From the NCBI GenBank assembly GCA_034521815.1, contig JAXHLW010000013.1, forward strand, positions 992,001-1,056,000: a DNA stretch of 64,000 nt. Direction: 5' to 3'. The notes beneath the pieces are model-generated. The model did not search any database. It was not told where the DNA came from and saw nothing but the letters and a program-made list of their open reading frames with translations. Origin of the DNA: Trueperaceae bacterium. Its GTDB lineage: Bacteria > Deinococcota > Deinococci > Deinococcales > Trueperaceae. The translations under genes and the position numbers were made by a program. Below, one piece after another: positions 28,687 to 38,990 of this stretch; position 1 is the first letter of the stretch, and the number at the start of each line of letters is the position of its first letter.

Positions 28687-29832
28687 ATGCGTACCGTTCG
28701 CTCGATCCTCGCTGTCGTTCTGGCCAGCGCCACGGTTCTGGCCAGCGCCACCGTTCTGATGGGCTGCGCGGTCGCGCAGAGCGGTGGCCGCGCCTCCGCC
28801 GTCGCACCGTCGACGGCGCTGCCGGTGTCGCCGGGACCGGTCGCGGAGCTCCACGCCGCCAGCGACGCCGCGCGGGCGGCGCACGGGTTGGCGCCGCTGC
28901 GTCCCGATCCCGGCCTCGCCCGCGCTGCCCTGGCCCACGCGCTCGAGAATGCGCATCGCGGCGTGCTGGATCACGGCTCGCCCGACCCGGCACGGGCGAC
29001 ACCGGCCGACCGCGTCGCCCTAGCGGGCGTAGCGCTCGTCGAGATCGGCGAGAACCTGGCTCGGATCCCCGGCTCGGCGGTCGCGCGCCGCGCCGTCGAC
29101 GGCTGGCTCGCGTCGCCTCCCCACCGCAGGAACCTGCTCGACCCAAGCTTCACGCACGTCGGCTTCGGCGTCGCGCAGGGGCCGGGAGGGAGCTACGTCG
29201 TGCAGCTGCTCGGGGCTCGCCCGATCGAACGGACCGTCCTCGACGCGTCGCCGCAGATCCGCACGACCGAGCGCTGGCGCCTGACGCTCGACGGGCCGGC
29301 CCGAACGACCGTGATGGCGTTCGTGGACGGCCAGCCACGGGCGCGCGCTCGCCTGGACGAGGGGACGACGACGGTGCACGTGAGCGCGCCACCGCGACCC
29401 GCACGGCTGGTCCTGGGGGTGTCGCGCGCAGCCGGTAGCTACCTGCCGTCCGACGCGGGCACGTTGGACCGCGACGCAGGCTGGAGCCGCGACGCCGGGG
29501 CGCCGTTCGGTCCCGCTCGCATCGGCGAGGCGTCGTTCGAGGTGGAATCGGAGCCGGGCGTCGAGGTTCGAATCGCGTATCGCGACGGCTCGGACGCGTT
29601 GCGGCTGCTCGTCGACGGGAGGCATCGTCCGGACGTGCGTCCCCGGGTCCAGGCCGACGGCACCTGGCTGAGCGTCTGGCTGCAGGTCGCGGAGACCAGC
29701 CGCTCGCTGTCCGTCGGCGTCCTGAGCGACGACCGAACGATCCGCCTCGTGGAGCGGTTCACCCTCGGCGCCGGACCGACGCCGACGCTCGCTCCCGGAC
29801 GGCCGTCCACGATCGCTACGGAGGCGCCGTGA
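28687..29832 (+). CDS. Secreted CAP/SCP-domain protein with unknown C-terminal region
   Basis: Signal peptide, GENLA, WLASPPHRRNLL and HVGFG. Confidence 0.8.
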   Translation: MRTVRSILAVVLASATVLASATVLMGCAVAQSGGRASAVAPSTALPVSPGPVAELHAASDAARAAHGLAPLRPDPGLARAALAHALENAHRGVLDHGSPDPARATPADRVALAGVALVEIGENLARIPGSAVARRAVDGWLASPPHRRNLLDPSFTHVGFGVAQGPGGSYVVQLLGARPIERTVLDASPQIRTTERWRLTLDGPARTTVMAFVDGQPRARARLDEGTTTVHVSAPPRPARLVLGVSRAAGSYLPSDAGTLDRDAGWSRDAGAPFGPARIGEASFEVESEPGVEVRIAYRDGSDALRLLVDGRHRPDVRPRVQADGTWLSVWLQVAETSRSLSVGVLSDDRTIRLVERFTLGAGPTPTLAPGRPSTIATEAP

Positions 29833-30038
29833 ACCCGACCTGGGATTGGCTCATCTCGCTCGCCGCCTGGCTGTTCCTGGCTGGGACGCTGCTGGTGACG
29901 CTCTCGGCGGTGCCGAGCGTGTCGCGTCGGTGGCCACGCGCCATGGTGACGGGGTTCCTGGCGGCGATCGCCAGCTTCGTGCTGGTCCTGGCGGCGTGGG
30001 GACTGCCGCGGATGGTGATCGCGCTCTTCGGCGCTTGA
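29829..30038 (+). CDS. Small two-TM hypothetical protein
   Basis: GTGA overlap with CAP gene; two hydrophobic segments. Confidence 0.55.
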   Translation: MNPTWDWLISLAAWLFLAGTLLVTLSAVPSVSRRWPRAMVTGFLAAIASFVLVLAAWGLPRMVIALFGA

Positions 30039-30212
30039 GCTCAGGGACTCGAGCCTCGGGCTCGAGCCTGGGGGCTCGAGCTTCCTGTCCGTGCGACGGA
30101 CGAGGGCCACGTCGTCGTCACCCGCCGGCGTGCGGACACGACTGGTATCCTCGCGTCTCGATCCGGGACCGTGGTCGCTCGGTCCCACCCGACATTCTCT
30201 TGGAGGTCCCGC

Positions 30213-31547
30213 GTGCGCGCTCACGTGATCACCTACGGTTGCCAGATGAACGAGTACGACACCCACACGATCCGTTCCGAGCTCGTGGCGGGTGGGCACC
30301 AGCTGGTCGACCACCCGGACGACGCCGAGCTGCTGCTCGTGAACACCTGCGCGGTTCGCGGCAAGCCCGTCGAGAAGGTCGTCTCGCTGCTGGGCGAGCT
30401 GCGCAAGCAGAAGCGGCAGGGACGCGACCTCACGGTCGGAATGATGGGATGCCTGGCCCAGCTGGAGGAAGGACAGGCGATCGCCGAGAAGTTCGGGGTC
30501 GAGATCCTGCTGGGCCCCGGCGCGATCACCGACATCGGGCCCGCTCTGGACGCGCTGCGAGGTGGCCGCGACCGCTTCGAGAGTCTCCGTTTCAAGACCG
30601 ACCTCGACACGCTGATTCCGCCCGCACCGGACGCCCTGACGGGGTTCCTCACGATCATGCGCGGCTGCGACCATCACTGCACCTACTGCATCGTGCCCAC
30701 CACGCGCGGACCCGAAGTGTCGCGTCCGGTGGACGTCATCCTGGCCGAGGCCCGGGCGATGCACGACGCAGGCGTACAAGAGGTCGTGCTGCTCGGCCAG
30801 AACGTGAACAGCTACGGCCTCAAGGACGACGGCCTGCCCAGCTTCGCCGAGCTGTTGCGCCTCGTCGCGCAGGTAGGCATCCCGCGCGTGAAGTTCACGA
30901 CCAGCCACCCGATGAACTTCACCAGCGACATCATCGACGTCATCGCAGCCGAGCCGAACGTGTGCAGCTTCATCCACCTGCCGGTCCAGTCCGGCAGCGA
31001 CGCCGTCCTGCGGCGCATGGCGCGCGAGTATCGGCGTGAGCGCTACCTGGACATCGTCCGCGAGATCCGCGCCAAGGTCGAGGACGTCGTGATCAGCACC
31101 GACATCATCGTCGGGTTCCCCGGCGAGACGGAAGAGGACTTCGAGCAGACGATGACGCTGTTCGACGAGGTCGCCTACGAGCACGCCTACATGTTCATCT
31201 ACTCCGCCCGTCCCGGCACGCCCAGCGCCGAGCGGTTCACCGACATGCCGCGCGAGGTCAAGGTCGAACGGCTGCAGCGCCTCATCGACAAGCAGAAGGG
31301 GTACGCGTTCGAGGCGAACCAGCGCTGGCTTGGACGAGAGACGCGGGTGCTGATCCGCGAGGTGCAGGCGGACAGCGACTACGCGGTGGGAAGCTCGGAT
31401 CAGAACCACACGGTGCTCGTTCCCAAGGACCAGGTGCAGCGCCTGGGCGTGCACCGCGTCACGGTCGACCACGCGACGCCGCACACCCTGTACGGGACGG
31501 TGGCGGGAGCCAAGAGCGACGCGGTGCCGTTGGTCATGGCGTCGTGA
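30213..31547 (+). CDS. miaB: tRNA methylthiotransferase MiaB
   Basis: [29 protein letters not shown] and [15 protein letters not shown] domain. Confidence 0.96.
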   Translation: MRAHVITYGCQMNEYDTHTIRSELVAGGHQLVDHPDDAELLLVNTCAVRGKPVEKVVSLLGELRKQKRQGRDLTVGMMGCLAQLEEGQAIAEKFGVEILLGPGAITDIGPALDALRGGRDRFESLRFKTDLDTLIPPAPDALTGFLTIMRGCDHHCTYCIVPTTRGPEVSRPVDVILAEARAMHDAGVQEVVLLGQNVNSYGLKDDGLPSFAELLRLVAQVGIPRVKFTTSHPMNFTSDIIDVIAAEPNVCSFIHLPVQSGSDAVLRRMAREYRRERYLDIVREIRAKVEDVVISTDIIVGFPGETEEDFEQTMTLFDEVAYEHAYMFIYSARPGTPSAERFTDMPREVKVERLQRLIDKQKGYAFEANQRWLGRETRVLIREVQADSDYAVGSSDQNHTVLVPKDQVQRLGVHRVTVDHATPHTLYGTVAGAKSDAVPLVMAS

Positions 31548-32089
31548 CGAAGCGCGTCGGCGGCGACGGCGTTCGCGACGACGTTCGCGACGACGAAGCC
31601 GGCTCCCCGCCGACGGCGGTGGACCGCGACTGGTGCGCCACCGCGTTCGTGGTCTGGAACGGCGCGCTTCTCCTCCACCATCACGCCAAGCTGCAGCGCT
31701 GGCTCCCACCGGGCGGCCACGTCGAGCCGGGGGAGCTTCCCGACGACGCCGCCGTGCGCGAAGTTCTCGAAGAGACCGGCGTGGCGGTCGAGCTGGTCGG
31801 CGAGAAAGCCATCGACGCACCGGGGCCACGGCAGCTTCTCCGCCCACGTGGCGTCCAGCTCGAGCCGATCCGCCCGGGCCACGAGCACATCGACCTGATC
31901 TACTTCGCGCGCCCGGTCGAGCCGTACGGAGGCGAGCTGCCTCGCGGGGACGACGACCCCAGTCTGGGCTGGTACGACGAAGCAGCGTTGACGCGCCTCG
32001 CCCTGAGCGACGAGATGCAGGCCTGGTGCGCGTTGGCGCTGAGCGAGGCCGCTCGCCTTGACATTCGCCCTCCCCGCCGGAAGACTTAG
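31544..32089 (+). CDS. NUDIX hydrolase
   Basis: [27 protein letters not shown] and HIDLIY. Confidence 0.9.
   Translation: MTKRVGGDGVRDDVRDDEAGSPPTAVDRDWCATAFVVWNGALLLHHHAKLQRWLPPGGHVEPGELPDDAAVREVLEETGVAVELVGEKAIDAPGPRQLLRPRGVQLEPIRPGHEHIDLIYFARPVEPYGGELPRGDDDPSLGWYDEAALTRLALSDEMQAWCALALSEAARLDIRPPRRKT
32058..32086 (+). promoter_or_regulatory. Putative sigma70 promoter for tRNA-Pro
   Basis: TTGACA-N17-AAGACT. Confidence 0.55.
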
Positions 32090-32123
32090 GGAGCTCACCC
32101 GGATTCGGGCGGAGACCAACCGT

Positions 32124-32200
<77 letters not shown>

Positions 32201-32253
32201 AATCTTTGCCATGTAGGTTCGGACCGTCGCGGTCCCTCGGATCGACGACCGCG

Positions 32254-32733
32254 TCAGGGGAAGTGCACCACCACCTCGTCGGGACGTAGCCTGATCCACG
32301 CCCCGCTGATCGCGTCGGTCGCACTGGCGCTGGCCGCGGCCCCCAGCCCGACCGCGATACCGGCCGACGCTGCCGACGCCGCGAAAAGGCACACGTACGG
32401 ATCGTCGCACGCACTGGCCAAGGCGATCGAGGCTCCCGCCAGACCTAGACCCGGCAGCACGTCGAGCGCGAGGTAGGTTCCGCTCACCTCGCTCGTGAGC
32501 GTCGCCGTGCGTTCCTGGCCGTCCTGGACCAGCCGAACCCGATACGTCCCCTCGCGCCGCAGCGTCAAGATCAGCGGGGTTCGTCCCACGCGTTCGCCGT
32601 CCAGGAACACCTCCGCCCCTGCCGGCTGGGAGCGCACCGGTATCGCCTGCTCCTCGGGCGCGAACAGGGTCGCGCACCCTGCCGTGGCGATGAGAAGGAC
32701 GAGCGCGATCACCTGTCGAACCGTTCGAACCAT
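32254..32733 (-). CDS. PEGA-domain lipoprotein
   Basis: Lipobox TAGC and SQPAGAEVFLDGERVGRTP. Confidence 0.75.
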   Translation of the reverse strand: MVRTVRQVIALVLLIATAGCATLFAPEEQAIPVRSQPAGAEVFLDGERVGRTPLILTLRREGTYRVRLVQDGQERTATLTSEVSGTYLALDVLPGLGLAGASIALASACDDPYVCLFAASAASAGIAVGLGAAASASATDAISGAWIRLRPDEVVVHFP

Positions 32734-32942
32734 GACGGCCTCCCCTACGGTCGGGACCGGCGTGCGCCGGCTCGCCCCTACCGGGGTCATTCCACGCGAC
32801 GGGGCGTGAAAACCGCGTCAAAGGCGCGGTGCTGCGTGTCCTCGTCAACCGTTCGAACGACGCCTACCTGTACGTCTCGACCGACCTGCCCTGACCTCGC
32901 ATCACCGCCGGAGACCGTCGTGTGCTACCATCTCCGGCGCGA

Positions 32943-33019
<77 letters not shown>

Positions 33020-33058
33020 TCTTCTTTTCGCGTCTTTTCGCGCAATCGTACGTTTCAC

Positions 33059-33134
33059 GCACCAGTAGCTCAGGGGATAGAGCAGCCGCCTTCTAAGCGG
33101 TAGGTCGAGGGTTCGAATCCTTCCTGGTGCACCA
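33059..33134 (+). tRNA. tRNA-Arg(TCT)
   Basis: GCACCAG acceptor, GCCGC-CTTCTAA-GCGGT, ACCA end. Confidence 0.95.
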
Positions 33135-33229
33135 CGCGCCGGGCGGCGACGCTCGGCTGGGTCGTCGTGCCGTGTCCGCGTCGAGCGTTACGGCTCGAGC
33201 CCGCCCGCACCGCTTGGTAGCATCGCGCG

Positions 33230-34213
33230 GTGGACGCCCTCGAGCTGGTCCGACTGAACCTCCTCTCGCCGATGATCCTGGCGTTCGCGCTGGGCATCGT
33301 GGCGACGCTGATCCGCAGCGACCTGCGGCTTCCCGACGCGCTGTACTCGGCCCTGTCGATCTACCTGCTGCTCGCGATCGGCCTGAAGGGCGGCGTCGCG
33401 CTGCGCGCCACGCCCATCGCCGAGATCGCCGGGCCTGCGCTGGTCACCCTCCTCGCCGGAGCGCTGATCCCGCTGACGACCTACCCGATCGCACGCCGGT
33501 TGGGCGGCTGGAGCGTGGCGGACTCGGCCGCGCTCGCCGCGCACTACGGCTCGGTCTCGGTCGTGACGTTCGTCGCCGCGCAGGCGTTCCTGGACCGCGC
33601 GGGCGTGCCGTACGAAGGGTTCATCGCGACCCTCCTGGCTCTGCTCGAGGTTCCGGCCATCCTGGTGGCGCTGTTGATCGCCCGCCGAGCCCAAACCACG
33701 CAGGAAGAGGCGACGCCCTGGACCGAGACGCTGCGCGAGGTGCTGACGGGCAAGAGCATCGTGCTGATCGTCGGTGGTCTGGCGATGGGGGCGGCCGCCG
33801 GCGCCGCCGGCGTGGAGAGGGTCGAGCCGTTCTTCGTCGATCCGTTCGAAGGCGCCCTGACGCTGTTCCTGCTCGAGATGGGCCTGGTGACGGCACGGCG
33901 GTTCGGCGAGGTGCGGTCGGCCGGCCCGTTCCTGCTGGCCTACGGCACGATCGCGCCGCTGGTGCACGGCACGATCGGGGTCGCGGCGGGGCTCGCCTCC
34001 GGCCTGTCGCCGGGCGGCGCGACGCTCTTCGCCACGCTGCTCGCGAGCGCGTCGTACATCGCCGCGACGGCCGCGGTTCGCCTGGCGCTCCCCGAAGCCA
34101 GTCCGGGCCGGTACTTGACGGCGTCGCTGGCGATCACGTTCCCGTTCAACCTGGTGATCGGCATTCCGACGTACGCTCGTCTGGCGCAAGCCTGGGGTGG
34201 AGGTGGAGGATGA
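33230..34213 (+). CDS. sbtA: SbtA-family sodium-dependent bicarbonate transporter
   Basis: IYLLLAIGLKGG, AAHYGSVSVVTF, FLLEMG, SASYIA and ITFPFN. Confidence 0.88.
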   Translation: MDALELVRLNLLSPMILAFALGIVATLIRSDLRLPDALYSALSIYLLLAIGLKGGVALRATPIAEIAGPALVTLLAGALIPLTTYPIARRLGGWSVADSAALAAHYGSVSVVTFVAAQAFLDRAGVPYEGFIATLLALLEVPAILVALLIARRAQTTQEEATPWTETLREVLTGKSIVLIVGGLAMGAAAGAAGVERVEPFFVDPFEGALTLFLLEMGLVTARRFGEVRSAGPFLLAYGTIAPLVHGTIGVAAGLASGLSPGGATLFATLLASASYIAATAAVRLALPEASPGRYLTASLAITFPFNLVIGIPTYARLAQAWGGGGG

Positions 34214-34524
34214 GCGACGAGAGCGCGAGCTGGACCGAGCGGCGCGTGGTCACGGTGATCGCCGAGGCGGTCCTGTACGAGCGGCTGCTGCACGACCTCC
34301 GCGCCTGGGGCGTCGGGGGTCTCACCGTCGTCCCTGCCGAGGGCGATCCGTTCGGGTCGCGCGTCGGCGACGTCGAAGGCGGGTTCCTTCGCATCGAGTG
34401 CGTCGTCGGTACGCAGGTGGCGGATCGCGTCCTGCGGGGCCTGAGCGAGCGCTACCTGTCCCGCTTCAAGGTCGTCGCCTACGACCACGCCGTTCGCGTC
34501 GTGCGCGGCGCCAAGTACCCGTGA
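34210..34524 (+). CDS. sbtB: SbtB-like P-II family regulator
   Basis: VTVIAEAVL, GVGGLTV, RIECVV and VRVVRGAKY; ATGA overlap with sbtA. Confidence 0.78.
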   Translation: MSDESASWTERRVVTVIAEAVLYERLLHDLRAWGVGGLTVVPAEGDPFGSRVGDVEGGFLRIECVVGTQVADRVLRGLSERYLSRFKVVAYDHAVRVVRGAKYP

Positions 34525-35240
34525 CCCGGACGGTCCGTGACGTCGCGCGCCGCCTCGCGCTCCTGGTGGCGGTGCTGGCCTTCGCGGCGGCGCATGCCCA
34601 GGTCGGCGCCGGCGACCGTCTGGTCGACCAGGGCAGGTTCGAGGACGCCGTCGCTCGCTACGACGAGGCGATCGCGGCCGACGGGTCGAACGCGGCGGCG
34701 TACCGGCAGCGTGCCCGCGCCCGGGTGTACTGGGCGGACGATCTTCCGAGCGACGAGGACGACGCCAAGCAGCGCCTGTACGACCTGGCCATCGCCGACG
34801 CCGAACGGGCCGTAGCGCTGACCCCCGACGATCCGGAGGCGCACCTGGAGGTCGCCCGGGCCCTGGGCCGCGCGGCGCAGTACCGGGGCGTGTTGGCGTC
34901 GCTGAACGTGGCCGCCCGCGTGGCCGACGAGCTGGACCTGGTCCTCGAGCTGGATCCGGAGAACGCGGACGCCTGGCACGCCCGCGCGCTGTATCACCAC
35001 GAAGTTCCGTGGATCGCCGGGGGGCGCGGTGGTCTGGTCGTTCCGGCGTTCGAGCGAGCGATCGAGCTGGCGCCCGACGCGATCGCGCACCGCGTGGCGT
35101 TCGCGGGGGTGCTGATCGACCGTGAGATGTACGACGCGGCCGCGGCGCAGCTCGAGGCGGCGCTGGCGCTGACGCCGCGCAGCTACCTGGACGAGCGCGA
35201 CCTCGACGAGGCTCGTGCCCTCCAGGATCGCCTGCCCTGA
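34521..35240 (+). CDS. Secreted tetratricopeptide-repeat protein
   Basis: Signal peptide (AAAHAQ); TPR patterns such as AVALTPDDPEAHL and LELDPENADAW. Confidence 0.82.
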   Translation: MTRTVRDVARRLALLVAVLAFAAAHAQVGAGDRLVDQGRFEDAVARYDEAIAADGSNAAAYRQRARARVYWADDLPSDEDDAKQRLYDLAIADAERAVALTPDDPEAHLEVARALGRAAQYRGVLASLNVAARVADELDLVLELDPENADAWHARALYHHEVPWIAGGRGGLVVPAFERAIELAPDAIAHRVAFAGVLIDREMYDAAAAQLEAALALTPRSYLDERDLDEARALQDRLP

Positions 35241-35346
35241 GCGCGCCCGACCGTGAGCAGGCATCGCCGCAGCACGCATCTCTCGTGAGCACGGCCCGGC
35301 CTGCGCCGAGAGGCGCGCTCGGGCCGTCAGCGTCGCGCAGGGCGGC

Positions 35347-35374
35347 TTGCACACCGGCCGCGGTCTGGTACACT
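35347..35374 (+). promoter_or_regulatory. Putative promoter for tRNA-His/Leu
   Basis: TTGCAC-N16-TACACT with extended -10 TG. Confidence 0.55.
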
Positions 35375-35389
35375 TGGCCGCGCGTGCGC

Positions 35390-35466
35390 GGTGGATGTAG
35401 CTCAGGGGTTAGAGCACCGGATTGTGGTTCCGGGGGCCGTGGGTTCAAATCCCATCATCCACCCCA
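35390..35466 (+). tRNA. tRNA-His(GTG), including encoded G-1
   Basis: G-GTGGATG acceptor, CCGGA-TTGTGGT-TCCGG, C73 and CCA. Confidence 0.95.
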
Positions 35467-35578
35467 CCTATTTTCTTCCCGGACGGGCCTCGGGAACGAC
35501 GAGACGGGACCAAGCGCGCACGCCCCGCTCGCCTACCTCCCGACGGGACGTTCGGCCGCGCATCAGCGTGGGCCGCGT

Positions 35579-35663
35579 GCGAGGATGGCGGAATTGGTAG
35601 ACGCGCCAGATTTAGGATCTGGTGGCTTAGTCCGTGCGGGTTCGAGCCCCGCTCCTCGCACCA
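35579..35663 (+). tRNA. tRNA-Leu(TAG)
   Basis: GCGAGGA acceptor, CCAGA-TTTAGGA-TCTGG, long variable arm, ACCA. Confidence 0.95.
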
Positions 35664-35665
35664 CC

Positions 35666-35696
35666 ATCGGCAAGCTCGCGCTTGCCGATTCTTTTT
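35666..35696 (+). terminator. Intrinsic terminator after tRNA-Leu
   Basis: ATCGGCAAGC-TCGC-GCTTGCCGAT followed by TCTTTTT. Confidence 0.8.
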
Positions 35697-35736
35697 GCAG
35701 GCCGGGCCGCCACCGCGGCCGTGAAGGGACAGCGAC

Positions 35737-37089
35737 ATGGAGACGACCCTCAAGGACAAGCAATCGGTGAAGGCGACGATCGAGGTGACCGCCGACCAGG
35801 CCGAGGTCGACGCCGCCTTCGACAAGGTGATCGCCACCTACGCGCGGCAGGTGCGCGTTCCCGGCTTCCGCCCCGGCAAGGCGCCCCGCGGCGTGCTCGT
35901 CAAGCGCATCGGCGAGGAGGCTCTGGCCGAGGAAGTCCGTGAGGTCCTCATCGACGACGGCTATCCGCAGGCGATCCGGGAGCACGATCTGACGGCGATC
36001 CACGCGCACGCGCACGGCGGAAACCCGTCGCAGGGCGAGCCGTTCGCCTTCGAGCTGCATTTGGACCTCTACCCCGTCTTCGAACTGCCGGAGCTGTCCG
36101 AGATCGTGCTGGACACGGATCCCGAGCCGATCGGCGAGGAGCAGGTCGAGGAGACCGTCGAGAACCTGCGCCGCGAGCACGCCACGCAGGTGCCGGTCGA
36201 CCGACCGGCCCAGGCGGGCGACCTGGTGCTGATCGAAACGGTCGGAGCGGACGACGCGCCGACCGAGGAGGGCAGCGTGATGCCGGTCGATCTCGAGACG
36301 GTCGGCGAGGAGCTGGCCCAGCAGCTCTTCGGTCACGGGATCGGGGACGTGGTCGAGCTCCAGCTCGACGATCCCTCGACGTCGGGCGACGAAGACGCGC
36401 CCGCACCCACCACCATGCGAATCCGCATCTCCGACGTGAAAGCGAAAGAGAAGCCGGACGCGGACGACGAGTTCGCCAAGACGCTCGGCTTCGACACGTG
36501 GGGCGAGGTCGACACCGCCATCCGCACGAGCCTGGCGGGGCAAGCGAAGGAGCGAGCGGACGAGGAACGCCGCGAGGAGTTCGTCGAGAAGCTGATGGAG
36601 CACACCGAGGTCGAGCTGCCGCCGTACCTGGTGAACCGGCGCAAGATGCAGCTGCTCGAGAATCTCGCTCGCGACCTGCAGCGGCAGGGCATGCAGATGG
36701 ACGCCTACCTGAAGAAGCTCGAAGAGGACGGCAAACGCGAGGAGTTCGACGGCGAGCTCCAGGAGAGCGCCGAGCGAGGCGTGAAGCGCGACCTGGTCCT
36801 CGAGAAGCTGCTCGAGGTCCGGCCGGTCGAGGTGAGCGAGGACGAGTTCCGTGACGCGGTGCGCTACTTGGCGTCGCGCGAGGGGATGGACCCCGAAGCC
36901 CTCAGGCGCGAGCGCGGCGAGGAGTGGCTGCGCAACTACCACTTCCTGATGATGCGTGACAAGGCGCTCCGCACCGTCGTCGACGAGCTCGCGAGCGGCG
37001 GTGCAAGCGACGGTCCGAGCGACGGTGCGGCCGAGGCCGCGCCCGGCTCCGAGCCTCGCGGCGCCGACCCGGCCGACTCGACGCCGTAG
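35737..37089 (+). CDS. tig: Trigger factor
   Basis: VPGFRPGKAP and DDEFAK; synteny with clpPX. Confidence 0.95.
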   Translation: METTLKDKQSVKATIEVTADQAEVDAAFDKVIATYARQVRVPGFRPGKAPRGVLVKRIGEEALAEEVREVLIDDGYPQAIREHDLTAIHAHAHGGNPSQGEPFAFELHLDLYPVFELPELSEIVLDTDPEPIGEEQVEETVENLRREHATQVPVDRPAQAGDLVLIETVGADDAPTEEGSVMPVDLETVGEELAQQLFGHGIGDVVELQLDDPSTSGDEDAPAPTTMRIRISDVKAKEKPDADDEFAKTLGFDTWGEVDTAIRTSLAGQAKERADEERREEFVEKLMEHTEVELPPYLVNRRKMQLLENLARDLQRQGMQMDAYLKKLEEDGKREEFDGELQESAERGVKRDLVLEKLLEVRPVEVSEDEFRDAVRYLASREGMDPEALRRERGEEWLRNYHFLMMRDKALRTVVDELASGGASDGPSDGAAEAAPGSEPRGADPADSTP

Positions 37090-37166
37090 GCGCACGCCCG
37101 ATTGCCCACCCTCGGCTGCGTACGAGCGCGTTCGGAGCCGAGGGCGGGCTCTGGTATCGTGCCGGC

Positions 37167-37784
37167 ATGCCGCTCGTCCCGTACGTCATCGAACAAACCG
37201 GTCGCGGGGAGAGGACCTACGACGTCTACAGTCGGCTCCTGAAGGAGCGGATCATCTTCCTGGGCTCGCCCATCGACTCGGAGGTCGCGAACGTCATCGT
37301 CGCGCAGCTGCTGCTGCTCGACTCGCAGTCCTCCGAGCAGCCGATCAACATGTTCATCAACAGCCCCGGTGGCGAGGTCTACGCCGGTCTCGCGATCTAC
37401 GACGTGATGCAGTACATCCGTGCGCCCGTCCACACGAACTGCGTGGGCATCGCGATGTCGATGGGCTCGGTCATTCTCGCGGCCGGCGAGCACGGTCACC
37501 GGGTGGCCCTGCCCCACAGCCGCATCATGATCCACGCCGGCTCGGCCGGCTTCCCGCGCAGCAGCCTTCCCGATCTCGAGGTCCAGGCGCGCGAGTTCGC
37601 CGAGATCCGCACGATCATGGAGGAGATCTACGAGCGCCACACCGGTAACGGACGCGAGCAGCTGCGCCGCGACATGGAGCGCGACAAGTTCATGTCGCCC
37701 GAGCAGGCGCTCGACTACGGTCTGATCGACCGGCTGATCGAGCCGCGCGAGACGACGCGCTTCCCAGGCGAAGATGGCCGCTGA
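37167..37784 (+). CDS. clpP: ATP-dependent Clp protease proteolytic subunit
   Basis: [31 protein letters not shown] and ERDKFM. Confidence 0.97.
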   Translation: MPLVPYVIEQTGRGERTYDVYSRLLKERIIFLGSPIDSEVANVIVAQLLLLDSQSSEQPINMFINSPGGEVYAGLAIYDVMQYIRAPVHTNCVGIAMSMGSVILAAGEHGHRVALPHSRIMIHAGSAGFPRSSLPDLEVQAREFAEIRTIMEEIYERHTGNGREQLRRDMERDKFMSPEQALDYGLIDRLIEPRETTRFPGEDGR

Positions 37785-38982
37785 GGTCCCGCCGCGCTGC
37801 GGCTTCTGCGGACGAGGCCATGGCGAGGTGTCCCGCCTCGTCGCCGCGGAAGACGGCCGCAGCCACATCTGCGACGAGTGCGTCACGCGCATCGACCGGG
37901 TCTTGGCCGAGGCGACGCAGGTCGAGGCGCCGGCCCCCTCCAAGCTGCGGGTCCAGACCCCTCGTGACCTGAAGAACCACCTCGATCGCTGGGTGATCGA
38001 GCAGGACGACGCCAAGCGCACCCTGGCGGTGGCGGTGCACAACCACTACCTGCGCTTGCAGAACCCCTCGTCCGAGCTGCAGAAAGCCAACATCCTGATG
38101 GTCGGACCGTCCGGCACCGGCAAGACGCTGCTCGCCCAGACGCTGGCGCGAACGCTGCAGGTGCCGTTCGCGATCGCGGACGCGACCACGCTGACCGAGG
38201 CCGGCTACGTCGGCGACGACGTGGAGAACATCGTGCTGCGCCTGCTGCAGGTGGCCGACTACGACGTCGCCGCCGCCGAGCGCGGCATCATCTACGTCGA
38301 CGAGATCGACAAGATCGCGCGCAAGTCGGAGGGAACCTCCATCACGCGCGACGTCTCGGGCGAGGGCGTGCAGCAGGCGCTGCTCAAGCTGATCGAGGGC
38401 ACCGTCGCCCACGTTCCGCCGCAGGGCGGCCGCAAGCATCCGCATCAGGAGCTGATCCCCGTCGACACCAGCGGCGTGCTGTTCCTCTGCGGCGGCGCGT
38501 TCGAGGGGCTGGACGACATCGTCCGGGCCCGCGTGGACGTGAGCCGTGTCGGCTTCCAAGGGGGCGACGAGGCCGAGGTCCAGAACGCCGAGGTCGTCCC
38601 CGAGGACCTGATCCGCTACGGCCTCATCCCCGAGCTGATCGGCCGGCTTCCGGTGACGGTGCGGCTGTCCGCGCTGAGCGTGGACGCGCTGGTCGACGTG
38701 CTCACCAAACCGAAGAACGCCCTGGCTCGCCAGTATCAGGAGCTGTTCGCGCTCAACGGCGTGTCGCTCGACTTCTCGTCCGAAGCGCTTCGCGAGGTCG
38801 CGCAGCGAGCGTCGTCGCGCGGCACCGGCGCGCGTGCGCTGCGCTCGCTGCTGGAGCGTACGCTGGGCGACCTGATGTTCGAGATTCCGGGCTCGGACGT
38901 CACCGAGGTGCGGATCGAGGCCGCCGACCTCGACGATCCCGGTCTGCCGATGACCCGCGCGGTTCGCCGCCGAACCGCCTGA
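37774..38982 (+). CDS. clpX: Clp protease ATP-binding subunit ClpX
   Basis: CGFC/CDEC zinc finger, [17 protein letters not shown] and RKH. Confidence 0.97.
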   Translation: MAAEVPPRCGFCGRGHGEVSRLVAAEDGRSHICDECVTRIDRVLAEATQVEAPAPSKLRVQTPRDLKNHLDRWVIEQDDAKRTLAVAVHNHYLRLQNPSSELQKANILMVGPSGTGKTLLAQTLARTLQVPFAIADATTLTEAGYVGDDVENIVLRLLQVADYDVAAAERGIIYVDEIDKIARKSEGTSITRDVSGEGVQQALLKLIEGTVAHVPPQGGRKHPHQELIPVDTSGVLFLCGGAFEGLDDIVRARVDVSRVGFQGGDEAEVQNAEVVPEDLIRYGLIPELIGRLPVTVRLSALSVDALVDVLTKPKNALARQYQELFALNGVSLDFSSEALREVAQRASSRGTGARALRSLLERTLGDLMFEIPGSDVTEVRIEAADLDDPGLPMTRAVRRRTA

Positions 38983-38990
38983 CCGACCCT

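Noticed and set aside
30048-30081. Three CTCGAGC units forming alternative hairpins upstream of miaB
   Set aside because: Too short and GC-rich to separate from a simple micro-duplication; no further support for function.
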